In this document: positions 11,378-24,300 of the stretch, piece by piece
Position numbering within the stretch: position 1 is the first letter of the stretch
Layout: each line of letters begins with the position of its first letter
Origin: Antedon mediterranea
Taxonomy: Eukaryota; Animalia; Echinodermata
Direction: 5' to 3'
DNA length: 64,000 bases
Assembly (NCBI RefSeq): GCF_964355755.1
Contig: NC_092678.1
Span: 24,693,365 to 24,757,364, forward strand
The notes under the pieces: generated by a model
Told to the model about the DNA's origin: nothing
The model's input: the letters and a program-made list of their open reading frames with translations, nothing else
Database searches by the model: none
Position numbers and translations under genes: made by a program

Positions 11378-11834
11378 TAGGCACGATATAGACTAGCTTT
11401 TATCCATCCATACTAAGTAACACCGGAGGCTTGAAGTAAGCGTCTACCCAGATATTCAAGGGAACTCCTTTAGTTACTCAGTATGAAATGGGTTATTTAT
11501 AGTACAAATGTGAATGAAGAAGACTTGTGCAAGTGCCAACACTGTTGGGAATGCTATATTCTCACCAGTTCCTTATGAATGAATGTAATGTTACCTTCAG
11601 TATTCGCTAATAAGCCACCTAGTCGAAATAACTTGCAATAAAATTTGAAACCAAGTCAATTGAAATGCAAATGTATGTTTAAAATAGAAAATAATAATAT
11701 TTCCCAACCTTTTTATGAACTAGGGATTTCATCTAAAGTTTATAGTTTTTATTATGGGAAGTAATAGGCTTATAGTAAGATTATCCAGGTAAGCTATAGC
11801 CACAAAAGTGACATTAATATATTCTTATAGGAGA

Positions 11835-12155
11835 AACTGTGAAATGGTTGCAAGATGGGTTGCTGTGAAATGGTTGCGAGATGGGTTGATCTGAAATGGT
11901 TGCAAGATGGGTTGCTGTGAAATGGTTGTGAGATGGGTTGCTGTGAAATAGTTGCAAGATGAGTTGCTGTGAAATGGTTGCAAGATGGGTTGATATGAAA
12001 TGGTTGCAAGATTAGTTGCTATGAAATGGTTGCAAGACGGGTTGCTGTGAAATGGTTAAAAGATGAGTTGCTGAGAAACGGTTGCAAGACGGGTTGCTGT
12101 AAAACGGTTGCGAGACGGGTTGCTGTGAAATGGTTGCGAGATGGGTTGCTGAGAA
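11835..12155. repeat. 26-bp minisatellite, about 12 copies
   Basis: Unit GAAATGGTTGCAAGATGGGTTGCTGT. Confidence 0.9.
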
Positions 12156-14697
12156 TCCACCACTGTGGTATTCACAAATCTTGATCACAACGTGTTCAGG
12201 AAATGAATACGTGAATTTAGACCGCCAAGCATTTGATAATTCTTCATTTGACCTTTTGGGATATGGTTTCAGCTTGTATTAATTTGATCAGGGTTGTTTT
12301 CTGTGACACAATCTCCAGATTCCCCCACCTATCAACAAAAACGCACTTCATTATAAAGTGCAACGAATGAAATTTTAAAAGAGGTTCTAAAAACAAATTA
12401 CTAAAACATTACTATTTAATGTTATGTTTTCAGTACATGTACATGACAATACATTTAATCTGAAATAAAAAGATGATTGAAAAAAATAGACTAATAAATA
12501 ACAAGCTTAATCTTAATATTTAGCAGGTTTTATCATATTGAAATAATAACAGTAATGTATATGACAGCAACAGGAAATCCAGCCAAATACAAAATATGCA
12601 GAAAACTTTATCATCAAGGTCAGTTTTGCATTCAATGTTAATTATGCAGTAATCATTATTATGTTTACTTGGAATGTGATATACATGCTGATCAATTTTA
12701 AGTAAGATTAATTAAAGTCTTATTTGCCATTCACCATTGTTCTGTCTCTTCAAGGGTTTGTTACTTCGATAAGAGATTCCACTTTGAAATCATCAATCTT
12801 GAATGGAGGTATTTGGACAATATAATAATATCATCACACATATTCTTTGTTGCACATGTCTCTACTTTGATGCAATATTCCTTTAGAAATGCATCCCTCC
12901 CATTTGATGATGCACCCTATTCTCTTATGATGAACCCTTCTCTCTTTTAGCACCCCTCATCTTTGATAGAAATGCCTCCCTTCTGATGATGCACCTCTCT
13001 CTTTTAATTATGCACTATCCATTGTGATAACAGTACACTGTAACACCACATGTGTCAAAGTTCAATGAAGAACAGTGAAAGGATTTAAAACAAAAGAGTG
13101 CAGTCACCACACAGACACTGTACAGATACCAATTGTTGTTAATTTGTAAACGCACCCGACTTGGTTGATTTAATAAAGCCTAATGGAGTAGAAAAACTGC
13201 CTTGGTAAGGAAATGATTGTCAGATAATATGACCTCTTTTACCCTTTATTCATTTAATAAAATAACTACTAGAAATTAGGGATAAATATATGAGAATAAT
13301 GTGGTTAAGGCACTGGGCATTCTGGATGAGCAATATTGATCATTTTATACCTCCATATAGTTTGATCAGGTTTGAATCATTTTTTCCTACCTTAGAACTT
13401 TTTTTTGCATTAAGGCCACAGTTAAAAGTATTGTTTCTACTTTACTACTTATTTAACAAATTAGTAAGAAAAAAAGATGGGTTAAGACTTAATATCTTAA
13501 TCCTTTAATTAGGTTGAATAATAGCAGATTCAGGTCAATACTAGCGTAGTAAGTAAACTAAGATTTCCCTTCAGATGTTTCCACAGAGGAGGAAGTTAGA
13601 AATAAATTGACCGTAATAATGGTGATAGACATGTGATTGACAGTTGTACTATTTAACTTGGCAACCAAAATACAAGCAGAAGATCTTCTATATTTCAAGC
13701 AACAACAAAGTTAAACAATTATTAACAGATGAAAAAGCATGTCCATCAAATATATATAACTCTCAATTATTATAATCAATTTAAGTGAATATAATTTTGA
13801 CTGTATGTAGTTTATATTCTGAAAATAAAGTTATTAGGCCTACTTAACAATCATTATTTAATATAGACATATTGGTATGATATAGGTGAGATGATAAGGC
13901 TATACATATACTTATTTCATCGCATAAAAGTTTTTCGAAAGCAAAAATTTGTGTAATACAATCAAAATGAAAAATGAATGTGTACTAAAGTTCAAACAGC
14001 CCAATTCCCAAGTATCTTTTGACCCTGTGTTGACCTAGATAGTGTCACTGACTGCCATTAATAAAATACTGATTGCTACTGAAAGAACGATGAGTAAAAA
14101 CGCTGCATACAAATCTGACAACAGAAGATAAACCTATCCCTAACCGTACATCTTTCATCTATCAACAGCAGTTTAACATAACAAGTTTTGAACGTTAACA
14201 ATATAGAAGATTAAATCTTATCATCATTGATTAATGAATTATAATAGAATGTCATTTTTGATGCAGGTTATCACAACGTTTCCATTAACCTTACAATCTC
14301 AGGCCAGATTCACGTCCCCAGCGCTTTAATTGTGGAACCTCGTAACGAGGAGTCTATGGTTACAAGCAAAGCCCAACTCAGCAGGAATTCTTCTAGCCTG
14401 GATTGTATAGCCTTGTCGCCTATCGTTTACACATCTTAATCAAGTAGCCAATTCGTAATGAGTTTGTATTTGTGTATCTTAAGATATGCAACTACGATAC
14501 GTCATTGTTTGTTGCTTTGAAATGAGCTAAAGGTCATATGAAAATTTAAATAATCTTAATTATGATTACATGATAGAATGAAAAGGAAACTAAAATTGAA
14601 CTGAAACAAATAATACAAAATATAGATTTTACCGATTTACTTGAATGGCATATTTACTACAGAACTCATAAAACAGAAAGGTTATGCTGTAGTATAT

Positions 14698-14781
14698 TAC
14701 ACAAACCAACAGTGGTGTTGGATGAGTGCTAGCTTACCTGGATAAACCGACAATAGCCCTTCTCCTTGAGAGAGTAAACAT
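14698..14781. mobile_element. Solitary diverged DIRS terminus
   Basis: TACACAAACCAACAGTGGTGTTGG...GCTTACCTGGATAAACC aligns with 6022-6110 and starts at the same TA. Confidence 0.85.
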
Positions 14782-14863
14782 GTCTACAGAACTCATACAA
14801 CAGCAAGGTTATGCTGTAGTATATACTGTATATATTACAGTATGTTACTACAGAAATATCTTA

Positions 14864-14938
14864 TGTTTTACATTTCACCTGAAGAGTGCGGCCAGCTACA
14901 TGCTGGTCGTACGAAACAAATTTGTAGTGATTAAAACA
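14864..14938 (+). ncRNA. Type I hammerhead ribozyme motif
   Basis: TCAC (stem I) - CTGAAGA - GTGCGGCCAGC/GCTGGTCGTAC (11-bp stem II) - GAAA - CAAATTTG (palindromic stem III) - TA - GTGA (stem I'). Distal TGTTTTA/TAAAACA pairing extends stem I. Confidence 0.85.
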
Positions 14939-15818
14939 ATAAAGTAACCAAGTTTTCTGCTGTTATTTTATTTATTTATACATGTATCTATATCTATTTT
15001 TTTCGCAACACCTTCAGACAGTTATATTCAAGAGGATGGAAGCATTATACTGTATCACACAGAAGCTTATAGTTTACTAAAAGTGAAAAAATGGGAATTT
15101 GTAAACTCCTTTTTATTTATGTTGGTATAAAGAATTGTATAAGCTTTAGAATAAAGTTATCCCATGAATTTCTGGATGAGCCAACTATCTACCTAACAGT
15201 ACTATCCTCTTCAGTTGATGAAATCTAGTTGATCTCAAAAGGGTCAGACATGTTTTCATAGCCATGATAACAAGGGGCATGTTAGTTTGTGTGTAAATTT
15301 CAACAACATATGAAATTCTAAGTGAATTATTGAGGTACTAAAACTGTCTTATTCTATCTGACAAAGCTACTTCAACTTTAGGTTTAGCAATTCTACCACC
15401 CACTGTGTTCCATATCTTTATCAGAAAAGTAGTTCATTAAAACAGACAAATGCAAAGTTTTTAAGATTCAAATTGATGAATATTATCTTTAAAAGTGACA
15501 TTTATAATTGATTATTAAACTGCCATCACCTACAAGGATGAACATATTACTACTGATACTGTAAATAGACCCTATATTTATTTAATATTAGATCTTCATT
15601 TAAAAGCTCCTAACAATGATCTAAGGAGTACAAAAAATACTACTCCTTAATTTTTCCAGACACAAGCAGACTAACGACGAAAATATAAATATAAATTTCC
15701 CAGCTATTTAGTATTAGTTAGCTCTTCTCTTATTTCTTTGAATGAAGTTCTGACAACTTTCAAGAAAAGAAAGTTGGTCGGGGAAACCCACATTCAATGT
15801 AAATAAAACTTGTTTTAA

Positions 15819-16661
15819 GGGCCTGTTTCTATTGAAAAATAAAAAAAGAACGGTTTTTTGGAAACCGGTTTCGGCTGTTGTTTATAAATAAAGATCGCGT
15901 TGCAGCTCAATTTTTACTCCAATAAAACCGGTTCCGTCCATGTGCGTTCGTTATGAATGACATCATTATATACACCACAATGCAGTTCGTTAGGCGGAAG
16001 CGTGATTGGATCGAGGTCATGTTTACTTTTTTTCGCATAGCGCGATCCCCAAGAAATAGCATCCATTTCATCATAGAAGGGGGAATTATTACCTGAAACG
16101 TTATTGTGGTCCTTGGTTAAAGTATAGCTACGTCGCACCCTCTGATATCGTCAAGTTGAACTCGTCTAGCTTTCACACGCTTTACAATATTCTTAAAAAC
16201 ATGTAGGCCTAGGCCTACGTGAGTCTTTCTTCCGACTCCCGACAAGTCCCTTCACATATTTTTTACGAACCTCGTAATGGCATCGGCCAACATTTTTTAG
16301 TTAAATAAAATACTCACTATCTAGAGAAATAAAAATGACTTAGGCCGAGGCCTAGGTCCTATCGCGCAGGTTTGACTGCGAGTTGACCGCAATCGTCCCA
16401 GTGCAGCAGACTGCAGAGTTCAGTTTTTGGGGTCAAATTGAGACCGCGATTGTGTTGCAGCTAAAAATTGCTCCACGGAAACCGGTTTCAGAACGGTTCT
16501 TTGCGATCGAGACCGCAATCAATTGGGGTTTTTGAAACCGTTTTTAAGATCGGTTCTTTTTTGTGGTTTTTTGTGGGGACCCATTTCTGCTGGCAAGAAA
16601 AAACGGTTCTTGAAAAGAACGGTATTCAAAACCGTATTCTCTGCTCTATAGAAACAGGCCC
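15819..16661 (-). mobile_element. Non-autonomous PIF/Harbinger element
   Basis: TIR GGGCCTGTTTCTAT/ATAGAAACAGGCCC with TAA on both sides. An internal relic, KDHNNVSGNNSPFYDEMDAI, resembles the Myb/SANT-like ORF of Harbinger elements. Confidence 0.85.
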
Positions 16662-17300
16662 TAAGGCATCGACATCCAGCATAATTTCAGCACAGCACTC
16701 GCACAAGATGTTTTGATTGCTTTTTTTTATCCACTTATAGAATTCTCTTCATCCTGCAACATTTTAGGTCTTAAAATTCCTCACAATACTAAAAAAAGTC
16801 TGTAGAGTACACATGACAAGTATGGTTGATCCATCTTGGACTTGGCCCAATAGTAATAGTGTTTATGAATGAAAGCCACGTCACAGGTGAGATGGTGCTA
16901 CCTGAAGCCATCAGCATACTTGCTGGCTCAGGTGTTTAAACAAGTCATACACAGGTGAGAGAAATACCTTAAAGATACAATCCACTGATAATGAAACCTT
17001 TATATTTGTTAAAGACCCAAACAAACAAAATAAACTAAACTTAAACTTTTTACCATTGGAGAACAATTTACAAAAATTTAATATAATTTTGGAGATTACT
17101 ATTAAGCTTATACACTGTTTGATATTATTAATGTTTAAAGATATGGCAAAACATTTCACAATTGTGACTGTATGGACACAGTAGATACTCTTGCATTTTA
17201 AAGAGCAACGCAAATATTTTCATAGAAGCTATCAGCCTTCCTTTCATATTATTATACAATAGTATGTTGGTATCTTTACAAACTTACTGTACATACTTAA

Positions 17301-17926
17301 AGACCCCTTCCCTGCAGTTTTGGACGTTTTTTGGAATATAATACATATATATCACTTTAAAAACATTAAACCATGTCATTCCTTGTCTTAAATGTACGTT
17401 TTATGGTAAATTATGATAAAAAGTGAGAAACAATGCACTACCTAAGTAGCTCGCGGCGATCGACCTCTCGTGGACGGTCTTAGGCCTAGCCTAGCTAGGC
17501 TTAGTTTTGTAGGCCTAGCTGGTAAACATTGATAACGTACGAACATCGTACGCTAGCTATATACCTAGCCTGACATTGTATAGTTGCTGAATTAATTGTC
17601 TTTCTATTTTTGCCAGACTCCGTTGATACAAATTGGGGAAAACCCGGTATTTTCGCTGAAAAGTTAGGAGTCTTCCATTTGTTTTGGCTTCACGATCGAT
17701 CGAAAAGTGGGCGAATTACAGGTGAAAAACAAAAATATCAATCCGCGCGCAATGCATTTTGGGATTTATAGCGGGCCTCTATAATTATTAGAATCGATTT
17801 ATTTTTCACATTTTTAACCGTTTAAAGACGAAAAAAGTTATCGCAATAGGACCATATAGTATTATTTTTACATTAAATATAGTTTTTGATCTTAAAATAG
17901 ATCTAAAAAACGTAGGGAATGGGGCT
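17301..17926. mobile_element. TTAA-flanked MITE (Kolobok-like)
   Basis: TTAA on both sides and imperfect TIRs AGACCCCTTCCCT/AGGGAATGGGGCT. The superfamily is inferred. Confidence 0.65.
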
Positions 17927-18975
17927 TTAAGAATGTAGCTTTAGTTGCATCGTTTAAAACTTTATTATAATTTCTAATTATCTGCTTCCTTCATTATTTT
18001 CATAGAAGCTATCAGACTTCCATTCATATAATATAATAGTATGTTGGTCGCATCGTTTAAAACTTTATTATAATTTCTAGTTATCTGCTTCCTTCATGAG
18101 TCTGTTTCCTATACTGTCTCAATGATGATGTCATCAACGACCCGCACATTCTCACAATATCCTGAATGAATTAAATCCATCAGTTGGTTTTCGTGTATGA
18201 AATTTTGCATAATTTCCCATGCTACCAGCAGTTGCCTCAGTATATCCTAAACTTTAAAATCATTTTTTAATGTTATGATACGAAATCGCTTATCTCTGCA
18301 AAATGATAAGATAAGACTGGTATATCTCTCAATAGGTGCAATATTCTGATACTTTATCAAGATATATTTATTATCTGTTCAAAATTACATTCTAACAGCC
18401 TTTATTGTTACTGGCTTTCTTGTGAAAATGTGCAGTTCAACTAATGGTACAGAATTTTCTATGAACTCTGTAACAATGGAAGTTAATACTTAGGTACCAG
18501 TAGACATCCATTTATTCTTTCATTAAATAAGTAACAAAAATGCAGTTTCTCAACTACTACTAATTTATTATTTAGGGAGGGGATGGGTTGCTTTACATCA
18601 ATATGTCATTGTCTGTAATAGAAGAAGCCATGAACTTAATTTAGAGAGTTGGGAATAAGTATGAGATTGAATTCAAGTCCATACTCATGAACTTTGACAT
18701 CAATATGGTATAATAGCTGTATTCACTGCTGAAACTATCAAAGAAAAATACCTAGAAGGGGTTTTCAACAGATACTTAGACCAATCGATTCCCTTGTGAG
18801 CTAAGTTAACTAAAACAAACTTAAACGACATGGGTAGTTTGACATTCGTTGATGGTAGAGCACGCCTCTTGATGGTCATATTTCGGCTCTCTTTCTATCT
18901 TACCTATTAGCTACCCATCAAGCATGACTTGACCTATCTCAGTTAGATATCCTAGTAACTGTTTGACCTCATTAA

Positions 18976-19948
18976 AGGGGGTTTGAAGCCCAACGAATAG
19001 AATTCATTCATTTTCTTTCATTCAACAATCACCAATACAAAGATATTATATTATAATTGGCATACTCATATCTTTTTTTTATATCTACTGCTTAATTTTT
19101 ATTGAATCATCTTTATAATTTCAACTTTTTTTTATATAACTAGGCCTGCCAGTTTTGCTATCTATTAAATAAAATCTAATGATTATACTGTCTATTCCAA
19201 ACTGTATTGTATTCAATAAAATTTCTGTTGAAATCAATAAAATAATAAAGTTTACGTCATATATCCATAATGATGTTTAATGTGTTTGACAATGTGACTA
19301 CATCGCCCTAACATTAATGACATTAATCTCAGATCAAGAACATCAGAACTACCACATGACCATGGTCACCACTCATTAATGTCGTTCTGCAAAATAAAAC
19401 GCTATTTTTGGTTCAGCAAATGTCAAAATGAATCAAATCTTAATTCAAGAGATAAAGATGCTTACACTGAAAAATTAGAAATTAAAGAATCCTTGGTTTT
19501 GCAAGTCACACATTAGAAGAGACTACGATGTACATGACCAATTTAATTTAAAAAAATGTCATAAACTTTTCATTATCTTATTAAACTTCTCTGTCTATTT
19601 CCCCTATTCTATTTCCCCTATTCTATTTCCCCTTAGGTTCATAAATATATCTACTACTTTTAGTTTTATTTAGCTCGTTAAGGAGAATAGTCTGTTGTTG
19701 GTGTATCCAAGTAAGATAGGCACAAATAAACCTAGAATTCTGAACTAGAAAAATGTAACATTTTAATAATTCTAATATTATTTTACAGATTGGCAGATAC
19801 GTTTGAGTGCCATTATATAAAATGGATCGCATAAAACTTTTCTTCAGAACATGTTGGTGAAATATTGCAAACTTTTTGTCCCAATCTCAATTAAAATCTT
19901 ACTTTAACCTAAAAAAATCATGATTGTTTAGGGGTTCAAGCACACCCT
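18976..19948. mobile_element. Degenerate TTAA-flanked MITE (Kolobok-like)
   Basis: TTAA-AGGGGGTTTGAAGCCC ... GGGTTCAAGCACACCCT-TTTAA, with imperfect TIRs. Confidence 0.4.
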
Positions 19949-20374
19949 TTTAACAAAATTCTACATCTGGCCAAGAAATATAAAACCAAATTTGTATTTC
20001 CTATAAAAACAGATCTGTAAAATGGATTGAAAGAAAATATAAGTGAGCAAAGTTTACCCAAAGTGGCTAATAGATTGAATGTAGAAATACTATCCAGGGT
20101 TGTGTCACAAGAGACCTACGGTGTCAAGTGATACACAATGAATTACTTTTTCTTTCTTTATTTCCACTAGTTGTATGTATCACACAAAGGTCTATTTAAC
20201 TGTGTCAGTAGGGATAGTGTTCATATTTTAATACCACCACAAAACAAATAGATAATTGTTAAATGAATGTATTAACAATAATAACAGAATATATGTGTAT
20301 TTACAGTTGGATAGGGTCTTTTCTGGTCCTACACTAAAGTCCTCCCACCTCTCCCCACCCCTAATTTTTTTATT

Positions 20375-20592
20375 TATTTTTTTTATTTCATATGCATCCA
20401 ACAGAGAGTAACTCTCCAATTACAGGATGGATAAACTGTTTAATAATTTATCATACTTTAAAAGTAAGTCTCATTTGAGGCTTAGGGACTGGAGTTGAAG
20501 AGTCGTGACTTACAACTCTGGCACTAGGTCAGGATTGAACCCCGGCCCTTGGGATTGGAAGGCAAGCACATTAACCACCAAACTTCAGCTCC
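20375..20592 (-). mobile_element. tRNA-derived SINE
   Basis: Minus-strand head with TGGTTAA and a B-box (GGTTCAATCC), plus an A-rich tail. The 3' part (CATATGCATCCAACAG...CCAATTACAG) recurs at about 44200-44240. Confidence 0.7.
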
Positions 20593-22327
20593 ACTACAAA
20601 TGAGTATTAGTGTTTATGAATGAGAAATTTATTAATTTTATATAGTCAAATTATAGCCCCCTTGTTGTCTTATAACAAGTACAATATCCAACCTTTGTAA
20701 TTTAATTTGGTGATTAAACGGTGGCATCGTTATCAAAGGCTAAACAGTTGAGTTAATTGTGGAATGTTAAATTGTGGCCTAGATCTGAATAATGGGTACA
20801 ACAGAGTGACCATTGTCTCTGGATGGGTATATCGCATTGCACTTACAAGAGAACTAGCCAATCAACATGCAGCTAGTCGATGCAACTAACTGCGATTTAA
20901 CAGTGCCGTGTAAAAATTAAGACTATTCAACTGACCTATCCCTGTATATATGCACTCTCCACCAATTACACTCATTGCGATCAAATTTCATAAAACACAC
21001 AGAAAATATTGTTATGGGAACATGAAATATCACAGCTTGGAGTCGTATTGTACAACGCAAGACTCAATGCCATTTGTTTTTAATAATTGGGACAAGTATA
21101 GCAGTTGACACCCTTTTACAGTATTTTCAATATGTAGTTGAAGTCATAACTTGAATACATAAAAGTTACTTTGTGACCCATTTTTATGTTTGTATTTCAC
21201 ATAGTGTTAATACTTCAGACATAGAAATAACAATTGTTAGGTTGTTGGGTTCAAATTTTAGCCTTGTTATACCAAGTTTTGTGGCATGGTAACAGAATAT
21301 TTTCCAAGCAATAAGGTTTATAAAAATGTTGATTTTAAATTGTGACCCTACCAAGCAAGTCACACTGACTGAGACATAACATTTGAGAAGGAAATTGATG
21401 CATTAATAATTTAAATACTTTTATACTAACTGGTTAAACATGATTTAACTAAGTCCTCTAAACATTAAAGCTTAAATCATATCCCATAAAGATATCAATA
21501 TAGTGCAATTAATTGCCTGTGACTTTACTCATTAGGCGTGTCCGACGGATCTAACTCCTCCAAATCTTTGCTGTTTTTATACGAGCATTGCGAGTAGATC
21601 TAAAGCGAGTCGTTAAAAATAAAGCAACCAGTCGATTTCGCCAATGTCAACGTAACATAGAAATAATAATTACAAAGCTGAAAATTATTATTATTTTAAA
21701 TTTTCTTCGTCTAAACATAATTTATAATGTTAAAGCTATGACTCATCTTGTGAGTGAAACCTTTCTATTTGGCTGTTTTCAGACATATTAATAAATCACT
21801 ACATCCTACCATACCTATCCAGGGAATTCAAAGATTTCTTATGGTAAAACTTAAAAGCTTACGATTTCCCTGTGTAAATTAATTACCCAAAATGCTAACC
21901 TTACTATTTCAGAATAAAAGAATCACATTTATTTGAGTACAGAAAATGAGGAGGAGATAATTTGTTTTTTTCTCTGTCTCTGTTTCTTGAATCTCTCTTT
22001 TTTGGATACAAGATCTCTCTTTAAGGGAAGAAGCTATTTTTAAGGAGACAAGCTCTGTTTTAGAGTGGAGAAGATCGCCTCTTTAAGAGGAAAAGGTCTC
22101 TTTTTTAAAAGGACAATCGCTCAGAACCAGTGAACAATTTACAATTAATATTGAAGATCAACAACATCAGGTTATTCACAGAAAAGGAATTCCCCTTGAG
22201 TCATAGAAGAACAGATGTAGCAATTGTCTTGTAATGAAATTCCGTTTATTAATGATAATAGTACCCTGGATGTTACAACCCTCAATCACTAAACAAGTGT
22301 TCATACAAAGACTAGTAGTAGTAGTGC

Positions 22328-22545
22328 AGTGTGGGACATGCTACAGTTTTGGTTGCAGCTTGGATGCAATCAGTGTGGGACATGTTACAGTTTGGTTGGA
22401 GCTTGGATGCAATCAGTGTGGGACATGTTACAGTTTTGGTTGCAGCTTGGATGCAATCAGTGTGGGACATGTTACAGTTTGGTTGCAGCTTGGATGCAAT
22501 CAGTGTGGGACATGTTACAGTTTTGGTTGCAGCTTGGATGCAATA
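22328..22545. repeat. 43/44-bp tandem repeat, 5 copies
   Basis: Unit CAGTGTGGGACATGTTACAGTTT(T)GGTTGCAGCTTGGATGCAAT. Confidence 0.92.
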
Positions 22546-23734
22546 CTAGGACGTAAAACCACTTTTATTTTGACCAATCACAACATGATGGGTCATCCTT
22601 GTAATTGGTTGGTCACTCTTTGGGTCTACAGTACGTCTGTGTTACTACAAAGTAGGAACCAAGCAATTGGTCAAAACTCAACAATTCAGAAACTCCTCAT
22701 TTTTACAATATCGTATTAATCTGCCAAACAATCAATTCAAAATAAATATTATTTTAACGAATTGAAAAGTCAAAAAGTTTAGATGAAGATAAAGTCTAAA
22801 AATGAAACTAACTTCTAACATTATCCTATGATTCAGGGTATAATATTGTTGAGTTAAGTAAAGTCTTACAATGAATAAAGTGAAGACAAATTACATTAAC
22901 CAAATTACCTTTAATTTAGAGTCCCTTTAAGTACATTTCAGCAAGGTACTTGGTGTAGACTATTTATTTTCTTAACCACTCACCCACTGGAAATTGGAAA
23001 ACTATCATGCAAAAAAATTAGCTGGATCTTCCTCAAAGTTTTTTTTGAGACAGTGAAGCTGCAAAACTTTTTTGATACTGTAAATATTATTTAACAAATA
23101 CCAAATTATTTATTTATTTCTGTATAATTTTAAAATGCATCGGAACCCTGCTGCATTTCATCAAGACTTGCTTTATGATGGCTACTGTAGTTTACATACA
23201 CTATCATGACAAATTTTGTTATACAAGATTTGGCTGTATAAAATAAGCAAACACAATACATATCCCAGATCTTAATCTGATCCCAACAATTCACAATGAA
23301 ATTGTGCCAAAAACTATCTAATAATATTTCTATTCAATATCTGTTACGCCACACAATCTCTTTAGAAATCTACAAAAATCACTTTGTTTTTATTAATAAA
23401 TTATAACTATTTTGTTTCTTCTCAATCTCCTCAACAATCTAAAAGAATCAGTTTGTTTCAATCTTGATAGCTCATAGGCCAGCTGCCCGAGGCGACCCGG
23501 TGATGGTGTGGGTTTACATGTCCAGTCTGCATGTGTTCCCAACTTGACCCCTTGATATACCTTCATCAGTACGGTTCCCAATTATTGGATAAACATAATT
23601 GGTTACAGAAATTGGTAACAATTTCACTATGAACTTCCTAACAGGGTGCCTATTATTCGTGACTTGTGTAGAATATAAGTAAACCACTAGCGATTAGGTT
23701 TGTTTTATACAGAATTATTTCTACAACTTACAAG

Positions 23735-24300
23735 ACTTAAGTCTGTGAATACCACCTACCAAACAAGACAGATACTTGAACTTAACTTTTAATTTGATAA
23801 TATCTAAGAAATTAGTACTTTAAAATATTTTTTTATCTTATAATGTTTGGCAATAACTATACAGCAGAAAAATTCTACAACTAATACAAGACTTACAAAG
23901 TCTGTAAATACCACCAACCAAATAGATACTTTAAGTAAACTTTTAATTTGATAATATCTGAGAAATTAGTAGTTTAAAATTGAAATAATATAAATAATAA
24001 TCTTCTTATAGGTTTGGAAATAACTATACGGCAGAAACATTTAAATACAACTTAAAGTCTGTGAATACCACCCACCAAACAGATGCTTTAACTAAACTTT
24101 TAATTTGATAATATTTAAGAAATTAGTAGTATAAAATTGAAATAATATTTTTTTTGGTTTGGCAATTACTATATATGGCAGAAAAATTGAAAATTAAGTG
24201 AATACCACCAACCAAACAGATACTTAAACTGAACTTTTAACTTGATAAATATAAAAAATAGTAGTTTAAATTTGATATAATATAAATAATAATCTTCTAA
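23735..24300. repeat. Degenerate tandem repeat of about 150-160 bp, about 4 copies
   Basis: Recurring GTGAATACCACC..CCAAA..AGATACTT..AACTTTTAATTTGATAATAT..AGAAATTAGTAG. Confidence 0.8.

Larger units (their letters stand above)
6022..11395 (-). mobile_element. Full-length DIRS1-like tyrosine-recombinase retrotransposon
   Basis: GC-rich island in AT-rich DNA. It has identical 169-bp inverted terminal repeats, an internal complementary region that joins both termini, and intact gag, RT/RNaseH/MT and YR ORFs. Both ends carry TA (6022-6023, 11394-11395) and there is no longer target-site duplication. Confidence 0.97.

Noticed and set aside
15160-15220. Minus-strand CTGAAGA-GGAT...ATCC-AGAAA hammerhead-like string
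   Set aside because: It has an extra base before GAAA and no convincing stem III or stem I.
22234-22719. 161-aa Cys-rich ORF
   Set aside because: It derives from the 43/44-bp tandem repeat, and the same peptides appear in all three frames.
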